Assembly (NCBI GenBank): GCA_964454855.1
Contig: CAYVVK010000001.1
Coordinates: forward strand, 8,652 to 56,901
Reading direction: 5' to 3'
Length of the DNA stretch: 48,250 nt
DNA from: an uncultured Phaeodactylibacter sp.
GTDB taxonomy: Bacteria > Bacteroidota > Bacteroidia > Chitinophagales > Saprospiraceae
The position numbers were made by a program, and so were the translations under genes. Under the pieces are notes generated by a model. It saw only the letters and a program-made list of their open reading frames with translations, was not told the DNA's origin and searched no databases. Each line of letters begins with the position of its first letter. The stretch's first letter is position 1. Shown here one piece after another: positions 25,282-35,929 of the stretch.

Positions 25282-25499
25282 GCCCCTTTCCGAAAAACTG
25301 CCAATTTGTATTCTACTTTCCCCCTCTTTTGTCCGCAATCCTTCGGTTTTTTTACAAAATTCCAAATCAAATTCACTGGTATTGTCCTAAATCCTCTATT
25401 TTTAAGCCGGCCTGTATGAAGCCAGGCCTGGCCGGATTAAACTAAGCTCACGACCTGATCCTGCCGATGTATGAAACTTAACTAAACCAACTTAATCTT

Positions 25500-27239
25500 A
25501 TGGAGCAATTCCAACTAAGCGCCCTGGATATAGGGATCATGCTTTTGTACGCTGTACTGATCATTGCCTATGGGCTTTACCACGCCAAGCGAAAGACCTC
25601 GGAAGAATATTTTCTCGCGGGCAGAAATATGGTCTGGCCCATTGTCGGCATCTCTCTTTTCGCGGCCAACATTTCCAGTTCTACACTGGTGGGCCTGGCG
25701 GGCGATGCTTTTAAGACCAATACCCATGTCTATAATTACGAATGGCTGGCAGCTGTCATTCTTGTCTTCTTTGCCATTTTCTTCCTGCCGTTCTATCTCC
25801 GGTCCAGAGTATATACCATGCCGGAGTTCCTGGAACGTCGCTACGACAGCCGTTCGCGCTATTATTTTTCTTTTATCACCATAGTTGGTAATGTAATGCT
25901 GGATACGGCAGCGGGGCTTTACGTAGGCAATATCATATTGAAACTGATGTTTCCCGCTCTACCGACATGGGTGATCATTACGATCCTGGCCTTTGCCGCT
26001 GCGGCCTATACCATACCCGGGGGCCTGAACTCCGTAATTCAGACGGAGGTGATACAGGCAATCCTGCTGATCTTCGGCTCCATGTTGCTGACCTATTTTG
26101 CGTTCAGCCAGATAGGCGGCTGGGGAGCGCTGATCGCTGGGCTGGACAAGATGGGAGCAGAAGGCGCCTTTGTCTCCGAATCCGGCTTGCGGCTGAATAA
26201 TGCAGAGGAAGTGCTCAGCCTGGTGAGGCCCGCCGATGACGCCTTCATGCCCTGGACCGGCCTGCTGGTGGGCGCACCGATCCTGGGTTTTTACTTCTGG
26301 GCCAACAACCAGTTTATGGTACAGCGGGTACTAGGCGCCAAGGACATCAACCACGGCCGCTGGGGAGCGCTCTTTGCCGGCCTGCTGAAACTGCCGGTGC
26401 TGTTCATTATGGTCCTTCCGGGCACCGCCGCCATTCTGCTGTATTCCAACCTCGACCTAACACCGATCAACTACGTCATGCCGAGTGGAGAGGTGTGCGC
26501 CAACCTGGCCGAATGCCCGAATATGACCTATCCGGTGCTTCTGTTCGACCTCCTGCCGACAGGCATCCTCGGCCTGGTGCTGGCCGGCCTGCTGGCGGCC
26601 ATGATGTCTTCAGTATCGGCCACCTTCAACTCGGCCTCCACGCTGGTCACCATGGACTTTGTGCAAAAGCTGCGCCCGGACTTCACCAGCCAGCAGTTGG
26701 TGCGCGTAGGGCAGATCACTACGCTCGTCCTGGTGGTACTGGCTTCCGTTTGGGCGCCACAGATCGAACGTTTCAGCTCTCTTTGGGAATACCTGCAGCG
26801 GGTGCTGGCCTTCATCTGCCCGCCGGTGGTATCGGTCTTCATGCTGGGCCTGTTCTGGAAGCGCGCCAATTCGACGGGCTCCATCGTCAGCCTGCTTACG
26901 GGCTTCATCCTGGCGGTAGGCTTGGTCATCGCTTCCGTCATTGCTACCCAGGCCCGGGCAGCAGGAGGAGAACCGGTAGGCTTTATCGCCTTTCTGGACA
27001 GCATCCACTTCCTGCATATGGCCTTCTATCTGTTCGTATTCTGTGCCCTGGTGCACATAGTGGCCAGCCTGGCCACTGCTCCGCCGCCGGAGATCAAGGT
27101 GGAAGAGTACACCTGGAATACCAGTATTTATAAAGCGGAAACCGAAGAGCTGAAAGGCCTGCCCTGGTATCAGAACTACCGTATTCTGGCCATTCTGTTA
27201 TTGATCTTAACTGCCATCATAGTGATCAACTTCTGGTAA
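25500..27239 (+). CDS. sodium:solute symporter family transporter (second paralogue)
   Basis: YFLAGRNMVWPIVGISLFAANISSSTLVGLAG and GGLNSVIQTEVIQ motifs. 579 aa, polytopic. Confidence 0.9.
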   Translation: MEQFQLSALDIGIMLLYAVLIIAYGLYHAKRKTSEEYFLAGRNMVWPIVGISLFAANISSSTLVGLAGDAFKTNTHVYNYEWLAAVILVFFAIFFLPFYLRSRVYTMPEFLERRYDSRSRYYFSFITIVGNVMLDTAAGLYVGNIILKLMFPALPTWVIITILAFAAAAYTIPGGLNSVIQTEVIQAILLIFGSMLLTYFAFSQIGGWGALIAGLDKMGAEGAFVSESGLRLNNAEEVLSLVRPADDAFMPWTGLLVGAPILGFYFWANNQFMVQRVLGAKDINHGRWGALFAGLLKLPVLFIMVLPGTAAILLYSNLDLTPINYVMPSGEVCANLAECPNMTYPVLLFDLLPTGILGLVLAGLLAAMMSSVSATFNSASTLVTMDFVQKLRPDFTSQQLVRVGQITTLVLVVLASVWAPQIERFSSLWEYLQRVLAFICPPVVSVFMLGLFWKRANSTGSIVSLLTGFILAVGLVIASVIATQARAAGGEPVGFIAFLDSIHFLHMAFYLFVFCALVHIVASLATAPPPEIKVEEYTWNTSIYKAETEELKGLPWYQNYRILAILLLILTAIIVINFW

Positions 27240-27261
27240 TAAAGGCATAAAACCACACGAA

Positions 27262-27293
27262 ACAGGGCAGGAGCTTTCCTGTCCTGTTTTTTT
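27262..27293 (+). terminator. intrinsic terminator of the symporter gene
   Basis: acagggcagga 27262-27272 pairs with tcctgtcctgt 27277-27287 (one G-U), followed by a T-run to 27293. Confidence 0.7.
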
Positions 27294-27322
27294 GTTTTAC
27301 TTTCGGCCTAAACTATAATGCT

Positions 27323-27976
27323 GTGATCGAGGCAAAGAATATTCACAAGTCATACGGCAGCCTGCACGTGCTGAAAGGCGTGGACCTCAGGGTGGAAAAA
27401 GGAGAGGTCGTTTCCATCGTGGGCAAGTCAGGCGCGGGAAAGAGTACCCTGTTGCATATCATGGGCACGCTGGACGAGGCTGATGAGGGCACACTGCTGG
27501 TCAACGGCGAGGATGTAGCCAGGCTCAGCGCTCAAAAACTGGCGGCCTTCCGCAACCGCAATATTGGCTTCGTCTTTCAGTTTCACCACCTTCTACCGGA
27601 ATTTACAGCCCTGGAAAATGTCTATATCCCGGCGCTCATCGCCAGGGAGCCGGAGAAAAAGTCTCGTGAACGGGCCAAAGAGCTGCTCGACTATCTCGGC
27701 CTGACGGACAGGCTGACGCACAAACCGGCGCAGCTTTCCGGAGGAGAGCAGCAGCGGGTGGCCGTAGCCCGCTCTCTGATGAACCAGCCGGCCATTGTTT
27801 TTGCTGATGAGCCTTCCGGCAACCTGGATTCTGCCTCCTCTCAGGAACTGCATCAGCTGCTGTTCAACCTGAGGAGGGATTTTCAGCAGACTTTCATCAT
27901 CGTCACCCACAATAAGGAGCTGGCCGGCATGAGCGACCGCACCGTGGAAATGCGGGATGGGCGGCTGGTGCCATAA
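27323..27976 (+). CDS. ABC transporter ATP-binding protein (LolD/MacB-type ATPase)
   Basis: GTG start. Walker [10 protein letters not shown], signature LSGGEQQRV, Walker [12 protein letters not shown]. 217 aa. Confidence 0.88.
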   Translation: MIEAKNIHKSYGSLHVLKGVDLRVEKGEVVSIVGKSGAGKSTLLHIMGTLDEADEGTLLVNGEDVARLSAQKLAAFRNRNIGFVFQFHHLLPEFTALENVYIPALIAREPEKKSRERAKELLDYLGLTDRLTHKPAQLSGGEQQRVAVARSLMNQPAIVFADEPSGNLDSASSQELHQLLFNLRRDFQQTFIIVTHNKELAGMSDRTVEMRDGRLVP

Positions 27977-28047
27977 ACCCTTTGCCATGAGTGATGAGCG
28001 CCAGGCTGGATACCTTTCAGCCCCATTGCTTATTCAAAAAACACAAC

Positions 28048-28662
28048 ATGAGGGCACTGATAATTGTAGATATACAAAACGACTTCCTTCCCGGAGGAGC
28101 GCTGGGCGTGGAAGAAGGGGATCAGGCCATCCCGGTGGCCAACCGGCTGATGGAAAAATTCGAACGGGTCCTGGCCACTCAGGACTGGCACCCCGCCGAC
28201 CACGGCAGCTTTGCCGCCAACCATCCCTGGCGCCGGCCCGGAGACATCATTCAGCTGGATGGCCTGGAGCAGATACTCTGGCCCATGCACTGTGTGCAGG
28301 GTAGCTTCGGCGCCGAATTTGTGCAGGATCTGCATACCGATAAAATCCAAAAGGTTTTTGTGAAAGGCACCGACCCCATGATCGACAGTTACAGCTGCTT
28401 TTTCGACAATGCCCACCGGAAAGCTACAGGGCTTGGAGACTACTTGAAGGAACAGGGCGTGGGCGAGGTGTATATCATGGGCCTGGCCCTGGATTACTGC
28501 ATAAAGTACTCGGCCCTGGATGCCTTGGAGTTGGGCTTTAAAACCTACGTCGTCATCGATGGCTGCCGCGGCGTCAACCTTAAAGCCGGAGATTCTGAAA
28601 GGGCGGTTGAGGAAATCACCAAAAAAGGTGCTATCATTGTGGAATCCACGGAAATCGCCTGA
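28048..28662 (+). CDS. pncA: nicotinamidase/pyrazinamidase (isochorismatase family)
   Basis: [30 protein letters not shown] metal site, and catalytic Cys in [11 protein letters not shown] at 28048 is preferred over the upstream ORF start at 27991. Confidence 0.9.
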   Translation: MRALIIVDIQNDFLPGGALGVEEGDQAIPVANRLMEKFERVLATQDWHPADHGSFAANHPWRRPGDIIQLDGLEQILWPMHCVQGSFGAEFVQDLHTDKIQKVFVKGTDPMIDSYSCFFDNAHRKATGLGDYLKEQGVGEVYIMGLALDYCIKYSALDALELGFKTYVVIDGCRGVNLKAGDSERAVEEITKKGAIIVESTEIA

Positions 28663-28703
28663 ACGAGAAAAAATCATTGCCCGAACGAGAAAAATGTAGA
28701 GAT

Positions 28704-29948
28704 ATGGTACAGGAAACGATGCAGTCTTCTGAAGACCTGATGCAACTGGAGAATAATTACGGCGCTCACAATTACCATCCCATCCCGGTGGTGCTTTCAA
28801 AGGGAAGCGGTGTTTTCGTATGGGATATGGAGGGGAAAAAGTATTATGATTTTCTTTCCGCCTATTCCGCTGTCAACCAGGGCCATTGCCATCCGCGTAT
28901 CATCAATGCGCTTACTGAACAGGCACAGAAGCTGACGCTCACTTCCCGGGCCTTCTACAACGATGTGTTGGGCCCCTACGAAAAATTCATTACCGATTAT
29001 TTCGGCTATAGCCGCATGCTACCGATGAACACCGGTGTGGAAGCCTGCGAAACGGCCGTCAAACTGTGCCGCAAATGGGCCTACGAGGTCAAAGGCGTAC
29101 CGGCGAACAAGGCGAAGATGATCTTCGTGGCCAATAACTTCTGGGGCCGCTCTATCGCGGCTATTTCTTCTTCCACAGATCCGAACAGCACCCGCAATTT
29201 CGGCCCTTACCTGCCTGGCTACCAGATCATTCCCTACAACGACCTGGAAGCTTTGGAGGAAGCCTTGCAGGATCCCCATGTAGCTGGTTTCATGGTGGAG
29301 CCCATACAGGGAGAAGCTGGCGTGGTGGTTCCCGACGAGGGGTATCTGCGCAAAGCCTATGAGCTTTGCCAGGAGAACAATGCCTTGTTCATCGCCGATG
29401 AAGTACAGACGGGTATTGCCCGTACCGGAAAGCTGCTGGCCTGCCAGCACGAAGGCTTCCTGCCCGATATCCTCATCCTGGGCAAGGCCCTTTCCGGAGG
29501 GGTATTCCCCGTATCCGCTGTACTTTCCAATGACGAAGTGATGCTTACCCTTAAACCCGGACAGCACGGCTCTACCTTCGGCGGCAACCCCCTCGGCTGC
29601 GCTGTGGCCATCGAAGCGCTGAAAGTGGTCAGAGACGAAAAGCTGGCGGAAAGGTCCGAGCGGCTCGGAAAAATATTCCGGAAACGCATGCAGGAAAACC
29701 TGGTAGAGAAAACGGAGCTGGTCACACTTGTACGTGGAAAGGGCCTGCTCAACGCCATCGTCATAAACGACAGCCCGGAAAGCGAAACGGCATGGAACCT
29801 TTGTCTCCGGATGGCGGAGAACGGCCTGCTGGCCAAGCCTACCCACGGCAATATCATCCGCTTTGCTCCCCCGCTGGTCATGACGGAGGAAGAACTGGCG
29901 GAATGCTGCGACATCATTGAGAAAACTATTCTGGACTACCAGGGCTGA
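28704..29948 (+). CDS. rocD: ornithine--oxo-acid aminotransferase (class III PLP enzyme)
   Basis: [24 protein letters not shown]...[16 protein letters not shown], and the PLP-lysine context [15 protein letters not shown] at 28704 is preferred over the ORF start at 28677. Confidence 0.88.
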   Translation: MVQETMQSSEDLMQLENNYGAHNYHPIPVVLSKGSGVFVWDMEGKKYYDFLSAYSAVNQGHCHPRIINALTEQAQKLTLTSRAFYNDVLGPYEKFITDYFGYSRMLPMNTGVEACETAVKLCRKWAYEVKGVPANKAKMIFVANNFWGRSIAAISSSTDPNSTRNFGPYLPGYQIIPYNDLEALEEALQDPHVAGFMVEPIQGEAGVVVPDEGYLRKAYELCQENNALFIADEVQTGIARTGKLLACQHEGFLPDILILGKALSGGVFPVSAVLSNDEVMLTLKPGQHGSTFGGNPLGCAVAIEALKVVRDEKLAERSERLGKIFRKRMQENLVEKTELVTLVRGKGLLNAIVINDSPESETAWNLCLRMAENGLLAKPTHGNIIRFAPPLVMTEEELAECCDIIEKTILDYQG

Positions 29949-30145
29949 GGCCGGCCCTCCGCCGGTATGAGCTTTCCCTTTAGCCCTTCCAGCAGAGTAG
30001 GCGCCTGGCCGGAGGTGTGCTAATTTTTTTATAAATTCGCTACTTCGGGTACAAGTTCTGCGCCCCCTGCTACGTTCGATAGGGGGGAAACAACCATGGT
30101 ATAAGGTAGCCCTATGCTTTCGGGAAAACCACAAAAATCAACACA

Positions 30146-33100
30146 ATGCTTAAGAGAATTGCCCTGCTGTTAGTGGCACTAGCCCCATTCCTTCCACTGA
30201 TGGCACAACAAACCACCATCTTTACGGAAGCCAACGAAGCCTATAAGCGAGGCGCTGTCCACTTTGAAGAAGGCATCTATGCCAAGGCCCAGCAGGAATT
30301 CCAGCGGGCCATGCACCTTCTGCTACCGGTCAACGAACCGGAGGCCGAACTCCTGCGCACCAAGGCCGAACTCAACTATGCCCGCTGCGCCGTACGCATG
30401 GAGCGCCCGGAAGGGGAGAAGCTCATCCTGGATTTTATCCGTAAGTATTCCCCCAGCCCGCTGGCGGGCGAAGCCCTGGTGGAAGTGGCCGATTACTACT
30501 ATAACTCCCGGGAGTATGACAAGGCCATCGACTATCTTGCTGATGTGCCGACTTCCGGGATGACGCCCGAGCAGGAAGCTGCCGTGAGATTTAAACTGGG
30601 ATATTCTCTTTTTGTAAAAAAGCGTTTCAAGGAGGCGCTTGAAAACTTCCGGGCGATCAAGGGCTTCGAAACGGAATACTACTATCCCGCCAATTACTAC
30701 CTGGGCCTCTGTTACTTCTTCGAGGGCAGTTACGATGCCGCCATTACCCAATTTCGACTGGTGGAGCGCTCCTCCAAATACAAGCCTCATGTGCCGTATT
30801 ACCTCACGCAGATCTACTTTGCCGAAAGGCGGTACGATGAGCTGATCGCCTATGCGAAATCCAAAGTAAATGACCCCGATATCCGGAAGCAGAAAGAGAT
30901 CAAACAGCTGATCGGGCAGGCCTACTTTGAAAAGGGCCAGTACACTCAGGCGCTGCCTTTCCTGAAGGAATATGCCGAAAGCTCCGGCAAACTTCGCGAA
31001 GAGGAGCTCTACCAGGTAGGGTACACTTTTTATCAGGTGGGAGATTACAACAAGTCTATACAATACCTGAAAGACCTGGCCACTGTGGATTCGGAGATCG
31101 GCCAGCACGCCATGTACATTCTCGGTGATTCTTACCTGAGGCTCAACCAGCGGGCTTCCGCCAGGGCCGCCTTCGGAAATGCAAAGCGCCTGCCTTATAA
31201 TGATGACATTCAGGAAGAAGCGCTATGGAATTACGCCAAGCTCTCCTATGAACTCAATGACCCGCGGGAGGCCATCAATGCGCTGCAGGAACTGCGCCCG
31301 GATTCGAAATATTATATCGAAGCCCAGGAGCTGATGAGTGAGATCTTCCTTAACTACCGAGACTATCAGCAGGCAATCGATATACTGAAGCGCATTCCCA
31401 ATAAAACCCCCAAGCTGCAGGAGACGGCACAAAAAGTGGCCTACTACCGGGGCTTACAACTGCTGCAAAACAACGAGATAGACGCCGCGAAACAATATTT
31501 CGAGCAATCGCTGGACATCTCTATCAATACCCGCACCCGGGCCCTGGCCATTTACTGGCTGGGCGATATTGCCTACCGCGAGAATGCCTACGAGGCCAGC
31601 CTCCGCCTGATGAACCAGTTCCTGACCCTGGCAAAGAGCCTGAGCGGCCTGCCGGATGAATCCTCCATTCACACCGCCAACTATACCCAGGGTTACAATT
31701 ATCTGAAGCAGGAGAATTACGCTGCCGCCCTCGGCTTCTACGAGGCGGCAATCAGCGGAATAGAGCGTAATAAACCCTTTATTCAGAACCGGAAAGTGGA
31801 AGAGCAGGTGCTGGGCGATGCCATTCTGCGCGCGGGCGATTGCCTGTTCAAACGCAATCAGTACGCAAGAGCGATTGCCTATTACGACCGCGCCATCGAA
31901 AAGAAATATACCGGCTTCGTATACGCGCTGTACCAGAAGGCCATAATCGAAGGCCTTATGGGCCGCACCACGAATAAGATCCTGGCCCTCGAACAGCTGG
32001 AGCAGAATTACCCGGAATCGGAATACACCGATGACGCCCTGCTGCAGCTGGGCGCTACCTACCAGGAGATCGGCCAGCTGAGCAAAGCCTCGGACCCGCT
32101 CAAGGAACTGCTGCGCCGTTTTCGCGGCAAATCAGAGCTGATCCCCAAAGCGCTGATCCGCCTCGGGCTGATCAGTTACAACCAGGGTAACCTGGATGCA
32201 GCGATCAACTACTATAAACAGGTGTTCTCCAACAACCCGGAAGACAGCGAGGCCAACCTCGCCCTGGCGGCGCTCGAAGAGATCTACGTCGATGACCTCG
32301 GCCGGGCCGATGACTATTTCGCTTTTCTGGAAACCGTGCGAGGCAATGTGGAAAGCGAAGTGCGGGACTCCATCAATTTCCGCGCGGCGGAATCTCAGTT
32401 TGAAAACGCCAATTACGAAAGAGCGGTGACGGCCTACACCGATTATTTGCGCAAGTTCCCGCGCGGGAGGTATACGCTGCCGGCGCTCTACCACCGCGGC
32501 GAATCTTACAGCGTGCTCAAACAGTATTCAGCGGCGCTGAAGGATTACGAAGCTGTAGTAGAGCGTGGCCCCAGCCCTTTTTACGTCAAGGCGCTGGAAA
32601 AAGCGGCCATCATTGCCTACAATTTTGAGGAGGACTTCTCGAAGGCCTACGACTTCTATACCCGCCTGGAAGAGGTGGCTACCAATGCGGATATGCGCTT
32701 CGATGCCCAACTGGGGGCCCTGCGCGCGGCCTACCGGGCGGGAAGAACCTCCGCTGTCCCGGAACTGGCGCGTAAGGTAGCTTCCAACCCCAATGCTTCG
32801 CAATTGCAGGTGGCGACTGCCAATTTCTACCTCGGGAAAATGGCCTTCGACCAGCAACGCTACGATGAGGCCCTCACGGCTTTTGATGAGGTCATCCGCC
32901 TCAGCGATAATGAACAGACGGCAGAGGCCCGCTACCTTAAAGCCTACATTTACTACCTGCGCCGAAACCTGGAAAAAGCACAGGAGATCTGCCTCAATGC
33001 CAACAAGGAGAGTTCGGGCTATCCCTACTGGGTGGCCAAGAGTGTCATCCTGCTTTCCGATATCCTGCAGGAAAAGGGCGACCTCTACAATGCCCAGGCC

Positions 33101-33259
33101 GCTCTCGAAGCCCTGCTGGAGAATTATCAGGGTGACCAGGAGCTGATCAATGAGGCCCGGCGCAAGCTGGACACCATCAACAGCAAGATCAACCAATCCA
33201 GCCGCCTGAGAACGGAGCCCGACCCCGGCACCCTGGAAATGGATGATGGCAACCAGTAG
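30146..33259 (+). CDS. large secreted tetratricopeptide-repeat protein
   Basis: Signal peptide MLKRIALLLVALAPFLPLMAQQ followed by more than 20 TPR-like A/Y/L helical repeats across 1037 aa. Confidence 0.85.
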   Translation: MLKRIALLLVALAPFLPLMAQQTTIFTEANEAYKRGAVHFEEGIYAKAQQEFQRAMHLLLPVNEPEAELLRTKAELNYARCAVRMERPEGEKLILDFIRKYSPSPLAGEALVEVADYYYNSREYDKAIDYLADVPTSGMTPEQEAAVRFKLGYSLFVKKRFKEALENFRAIKGFETEYYYPANYYLGLCYFFEGSYDAAITQFRLVERSSKYKPHVPYYLTQIYFAERRYDELIAYAKSKVNDPDIRKQKEIKQLIGQAYFEKGQYTQALPFLKEYAESSGKLREEELYQVGYTFYQVGDYNKSIQYLKDLATVDSEIGQHAMYILGDSYLRLNQRASARAAFGNAKRLPYNDDIQEEALWNYAKLSYELNDPREAINALQELRPDSKYYIEAQELMSEIFLNYRDYQQAIDILKRIPNKTPKLQETAQKVAYYRGLQLLQNNEIDAAKQYFEQSLDISINTRTRALAIYWLGDIAYRENAYEASLRLMNQFLTLAKSLSGLPDESSIHTANYTQGYNYLKQENYAAALGFYEAAISGIERNKPFIQNRKVEEQVLGDAILRAGDCLFKRNQYARAIAYYDRAIEKKYTGFVYALYQKAIIEGLMGRTTNKILALEQLEQNYPESEYTDDALLQLGATYQEIGQLSKASDPLKELLRRFRGKSELIPKALIRLGLISYNQGNLDAAINYYKQVFSNNPEDSEANLALAALEEIYVDDLGRADDYFAFLETVRGNVESEVRDSINFRAAESQFENANYERAVTAYTDYLRKFPRGRYTLPALYHRGESYSVLKQYSAALKDYEAVVERGPSPFYVKALEKAAIIAYNFEEDFSKAYDFYTRLEEVATNADMRFDAQLGALRAAYRAGRTSAVPELARKVASNPNASQLQVATANFYLGKMAFDQQRYDEALTAFDEVIRLSDNEQTAEARYLKAYIYYLRRNLEKAQEICLNANKESSGYPYWVAKSVILLSDILQEKGDLYNAQAALEALLENYQGDQELINEARRKLDTINSKINQSSRLRTEPDPGTLEMDDGNQ

Positions 33260-33358
33260 GCAGCTGGCAGGAAACCCGCCAACTGCCGGTATTCCATCCC
33301 TGGGCACCCTAAATATCAGGCGCCAGGTTTTCCGAACACCAAATCAAAAAAGACAATA

Positions 33359-34993
33359 ATGAAAAATATCGCGTTGCTCATCGTTTTTAGTTGCTTTGCT
33401 ACAACGCTGTTGGCTCAGGACCCCAACCTGCCCGCCGAGGAGGTCGATATCATCAAGAGCTTTGATGCCCGCCTGGAAGTTACCGAAAGGTACCGGGTGG
33501 ACCCTGAACTTCCTCCGCTCGACACGGCCACCCGCCGCCTTCAATACAACATCACTACTCAACCCATCGAAGTAGCCTATCTGCCTCCGAAGATCCGGCC
33601 TCTGGCCATGCGGGGTGAGGATGTACAGGACAGCTACAACGGCTACCTCAAACTGGGCGGCGGTTTTCCGGCTTCTCTGTTCGGGGATGGCTTCTACAAT
33701 ATCACTGATGGAGAGAACTTCAACCTGGGCGTTTTTGCCCGGCATCATTCGGCAAACAACAGCCAGGATGTAGAGAACCAGCGTTTTTCCTACACCCACC
33801 TGGGTGCCGACGGCACCTACTATTTCGAGGAGCAGGGCTTTTCTGTCAATGCCGGCTTGGGGTACATCTCAGATGCAGTGCACTTTTACGGGTATAACGA
33901 CCTGAACGAGGCCCTGGGCGAAGATTTTTCCTTCGAGCAGGAACAGGTTAAACAGCGCTTCGCCATATTTGAAGGGAAAGCGAGTATCTTCAACGGCGCG
34001 CGCACGGAGGCCGATTTCAACTACCATGCGGGCGTCAACTTCTACTTCATGGATGATAACTACGCCGCCCGGGAGAATGGCTTTGACCTGCTGATCAAAG
34101 GAACCAAGTGGTTTGATGAAACCCATCCGCTGAATATCGAACTCCAAACGGACTTCACTTCCTACAGAGATACCGCCAAACAAACGCTGAACAACTTCTA
34201 CCTGCGCCCCAGCTACACCTATCACGGCGACGGATTCAAGGCCAAGATCGGCATCAACCTGGCCTCTCACGACGATGAATATTTCTTTTTCCCCGACCTG
34301 GAGCTCTCGGCAATGATCCTTACCGGAGTGCTGGAAGCTTATGTGGGCGCCGATGGCACCCTGCAGAAGAACACTTTCCGTTCGCTGAGCGACTACAACC
34401 CTTTTATCGAATCCCGGATCAACGTGCGAAACAGTAGTTATTACAATCTCTACGGCGGGATTCGCGGCACGGTACAGCGTATTGATTACAATGCTCAGGC
34501 CGGCTATAAGTCGGTGAATAACCTGGCCCTGTTCCTGCTGCCCAATGTCTTCGATACCATCCCGCGGTTCGATGTGCTGTACGATACTGCTAACATCATC
34601 TACGTCAAAGGTTCCCTTACTGCGCCGCTGTTCGAAGGCTTTGAGTTGACGGGAGCGGTCAGCCAGAACTTTTTCACCCTCGACCGGGAGGAAAAACCCT
34701 GGCACCTGCCTTCCTTTACGCTGAACATCGGCGCCCGCTACACCCTGGAGAACCAACTGGTGGTCAAGGGCGATTTCTTCCTCGAAAATGGCGTTCCCTT
34801 CCGGAATGATGAGTTGGAGGCCGAGAACCTTAATGGCCTGTTTGACGTCAGCCTGGGCGTGGATTACTTCTTTACGGAGAATATCGGCGGGTTCATTCAG
34901 GTCAATAACCTGGCGAACAACAAACGGCAGCGCTGGCATCGGTATCCGACGTTCGGGATCAATGCGCTGGCTGGGGTGGTGGCGAGATTTTAA
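33359..34993 (+). CDS. putative outer-membrane beta-barrel protein
   Basis: Signal peptide, alternating aromatic/polar strands rich in Y/G/N/F, and a terminal aromatic residue (...LAGVVARF). Starts 99 nt downstream of the TPR gene. Confidence 0.7.
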   Translation: MKNIALLIVFSCFATTLLAQDPNLPAEEVDIIKSFDARLEVTERYRVDPELPPLDTATRRLQYNITTQPIEVAYLPPKIRPLAMRGEDVQDSYNGYLKLGGGFPASLFGDGFYNITDGENFNLGVFARHHSANNSQDVENQRFSYTHLGADGTYYFEEQGFSVNAGLGYISDAVHFYGYNDLNEALGEDFSFEQEQVKQRFAIFEGKASIFNGARTEADFNYHAGVNFYFMDDNYAARENGFDLLIKGTKWFDETHPLNIELQTDFTSYRDTAKQTLNNFYLRPSYTYHGDGFKAKIGINLASHDDEYFFFPDLELSAMILTGVLEAYVGADGTLQKNTFRSLSDYNPFIESRINVRNSSYYNLYGGIRGTVQRIDYNAQAGYKSVNNLALFLLPNVFDTIPRFDVLYDTANIIYVKGSLTAPLFEGFELTGAVSQNFFTLDREEKPWHLPSFTLNIGARYTLENQLVVKGDFFLENGVPFRNDELEAENLNGLFDVSLGVDYFFTENIGGFIQVNNLANNKRQRWHRYPTFGINALAGVVARF

Positions 34994-35004
34994 TAATCAA
35001 GCCA

Positions 35005-35784
35005 TTATTCCTCGCGGAGCAACTTCTGTTTTTGACGGGTGAATTCTTCCTGGGTGAGTATGCCCTGATCACGTAGTTTTCCCAGTTCTACGATCTGTTC
35101 CAGAATATCTTTATTGGCGGCAGATGGGCTGTCTTCCAGCAGGTTGGGCTGAGGAGCGGGAAGTTGCTGGGGTGGCAGTCGGTAGCCGTTGTCTACGAAA
35201 TCGTCAAATACCGGTTGGGCGCGCAGAAAAGCGAGCGCATCGTGTTGATGGATCTTGTCGATCTTGTCAAAGCCGAAGGCCACGGCCTGTTCCAGGTGAT
35301 AAAAGGCCTGCTTGCTGTCTCGAAGGATGGAGTAGGTGCAGGCCAGGTTGAAGTGTAGAGAAGGGTCATCCGGGGCCATTTCCAGGGCCTCTTCAAAGTG
35401 GTAGGCCGCATCCTCATAACGGTGCTTGCGAAAATCCTCAATGCCCTGGCGCTTTAACTCTCTGAAGGAAAGCGGAGGAGCGGAGTAGGGTTTGTCCTCG
35501 TAGTAGCGGTTCCAGTCGCGGCGGCGCCGGCTTCCTTTTTTGGAATAATTGTACTTCTCATCGAATTCACTTTTGGGCATAGCGAAGAACAGTACTGCAT
35601 CGATAAAGCCCATCAGCGCCGGGATGGCGATAAAAGGGAGTTCCGCCTCAATACTGATGACAAAAGTTACGATGGCGAAGATAAAATGGAATATACCGAG
35701 CACTCGCTGGCCGAGGTAAAAGCGGTGCGCGCCAAAGGTGCCGAGGAAGAGGGCAATGAAGCCCGCAACAGATTTTTTCTTCAT
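35005..35784 (-). CDS. TM2 domain membrane protein with a TPR-like middle and a SHOCT C-terminal domain
   Basis: TM2 motif GTFGAHRFYLGQ with two TM helices. SHOCT-like tail ELGKLRDQGILTQEEFTRQKQKLL. ATG at 35784 is chosen because the longer ORF would overlap the upstream gene. Confidence 0.75.
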   Translation of the reverse strand: MKKKSVAGFIALFLGTFGAHRFYLGQRVLGIFHFIFAIVTFVISIEAELPFIAIPALMGFIDAVLFFAMPKSEFDEKYNYSKKGSRRRRDWNRYYEDKPYSAPPLSFRELKRQGIEDFRKHRYEDAAYHFEEALEMAPDDPSLHFNLACTYSILRDSKQAFYHLEQAVAFGFDKIDKIHQHDALAFLRAQPVFDDFVDNGYRLPPQQLPAPQPNLLEDSPSAANKDILEQIVELGKLRDQGILTQEEFTRQKQKLLREE

Positions 35785-35929
35785 TAGCCGAATACTTTCC
35801 TTATTGAGAATGTTGCCGAAAATAAGAAGATTCCTATCGGAATGCGCTTCTTTTAGCCGGATCATGGGTTTTATTGGACGAAGGTTATAGCAGAAAGGTT
35901 GCGGATGCACTTCAAACTCCGCTGTTTTC

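Noticed and set aside
25200-25445. 81-aa plus-strand ORF with a TTG start
   Set aside because: It reads through the strong intrinsic terminator at 25249-25281 and has a Phe/Pro-rich, low-complexity translation.
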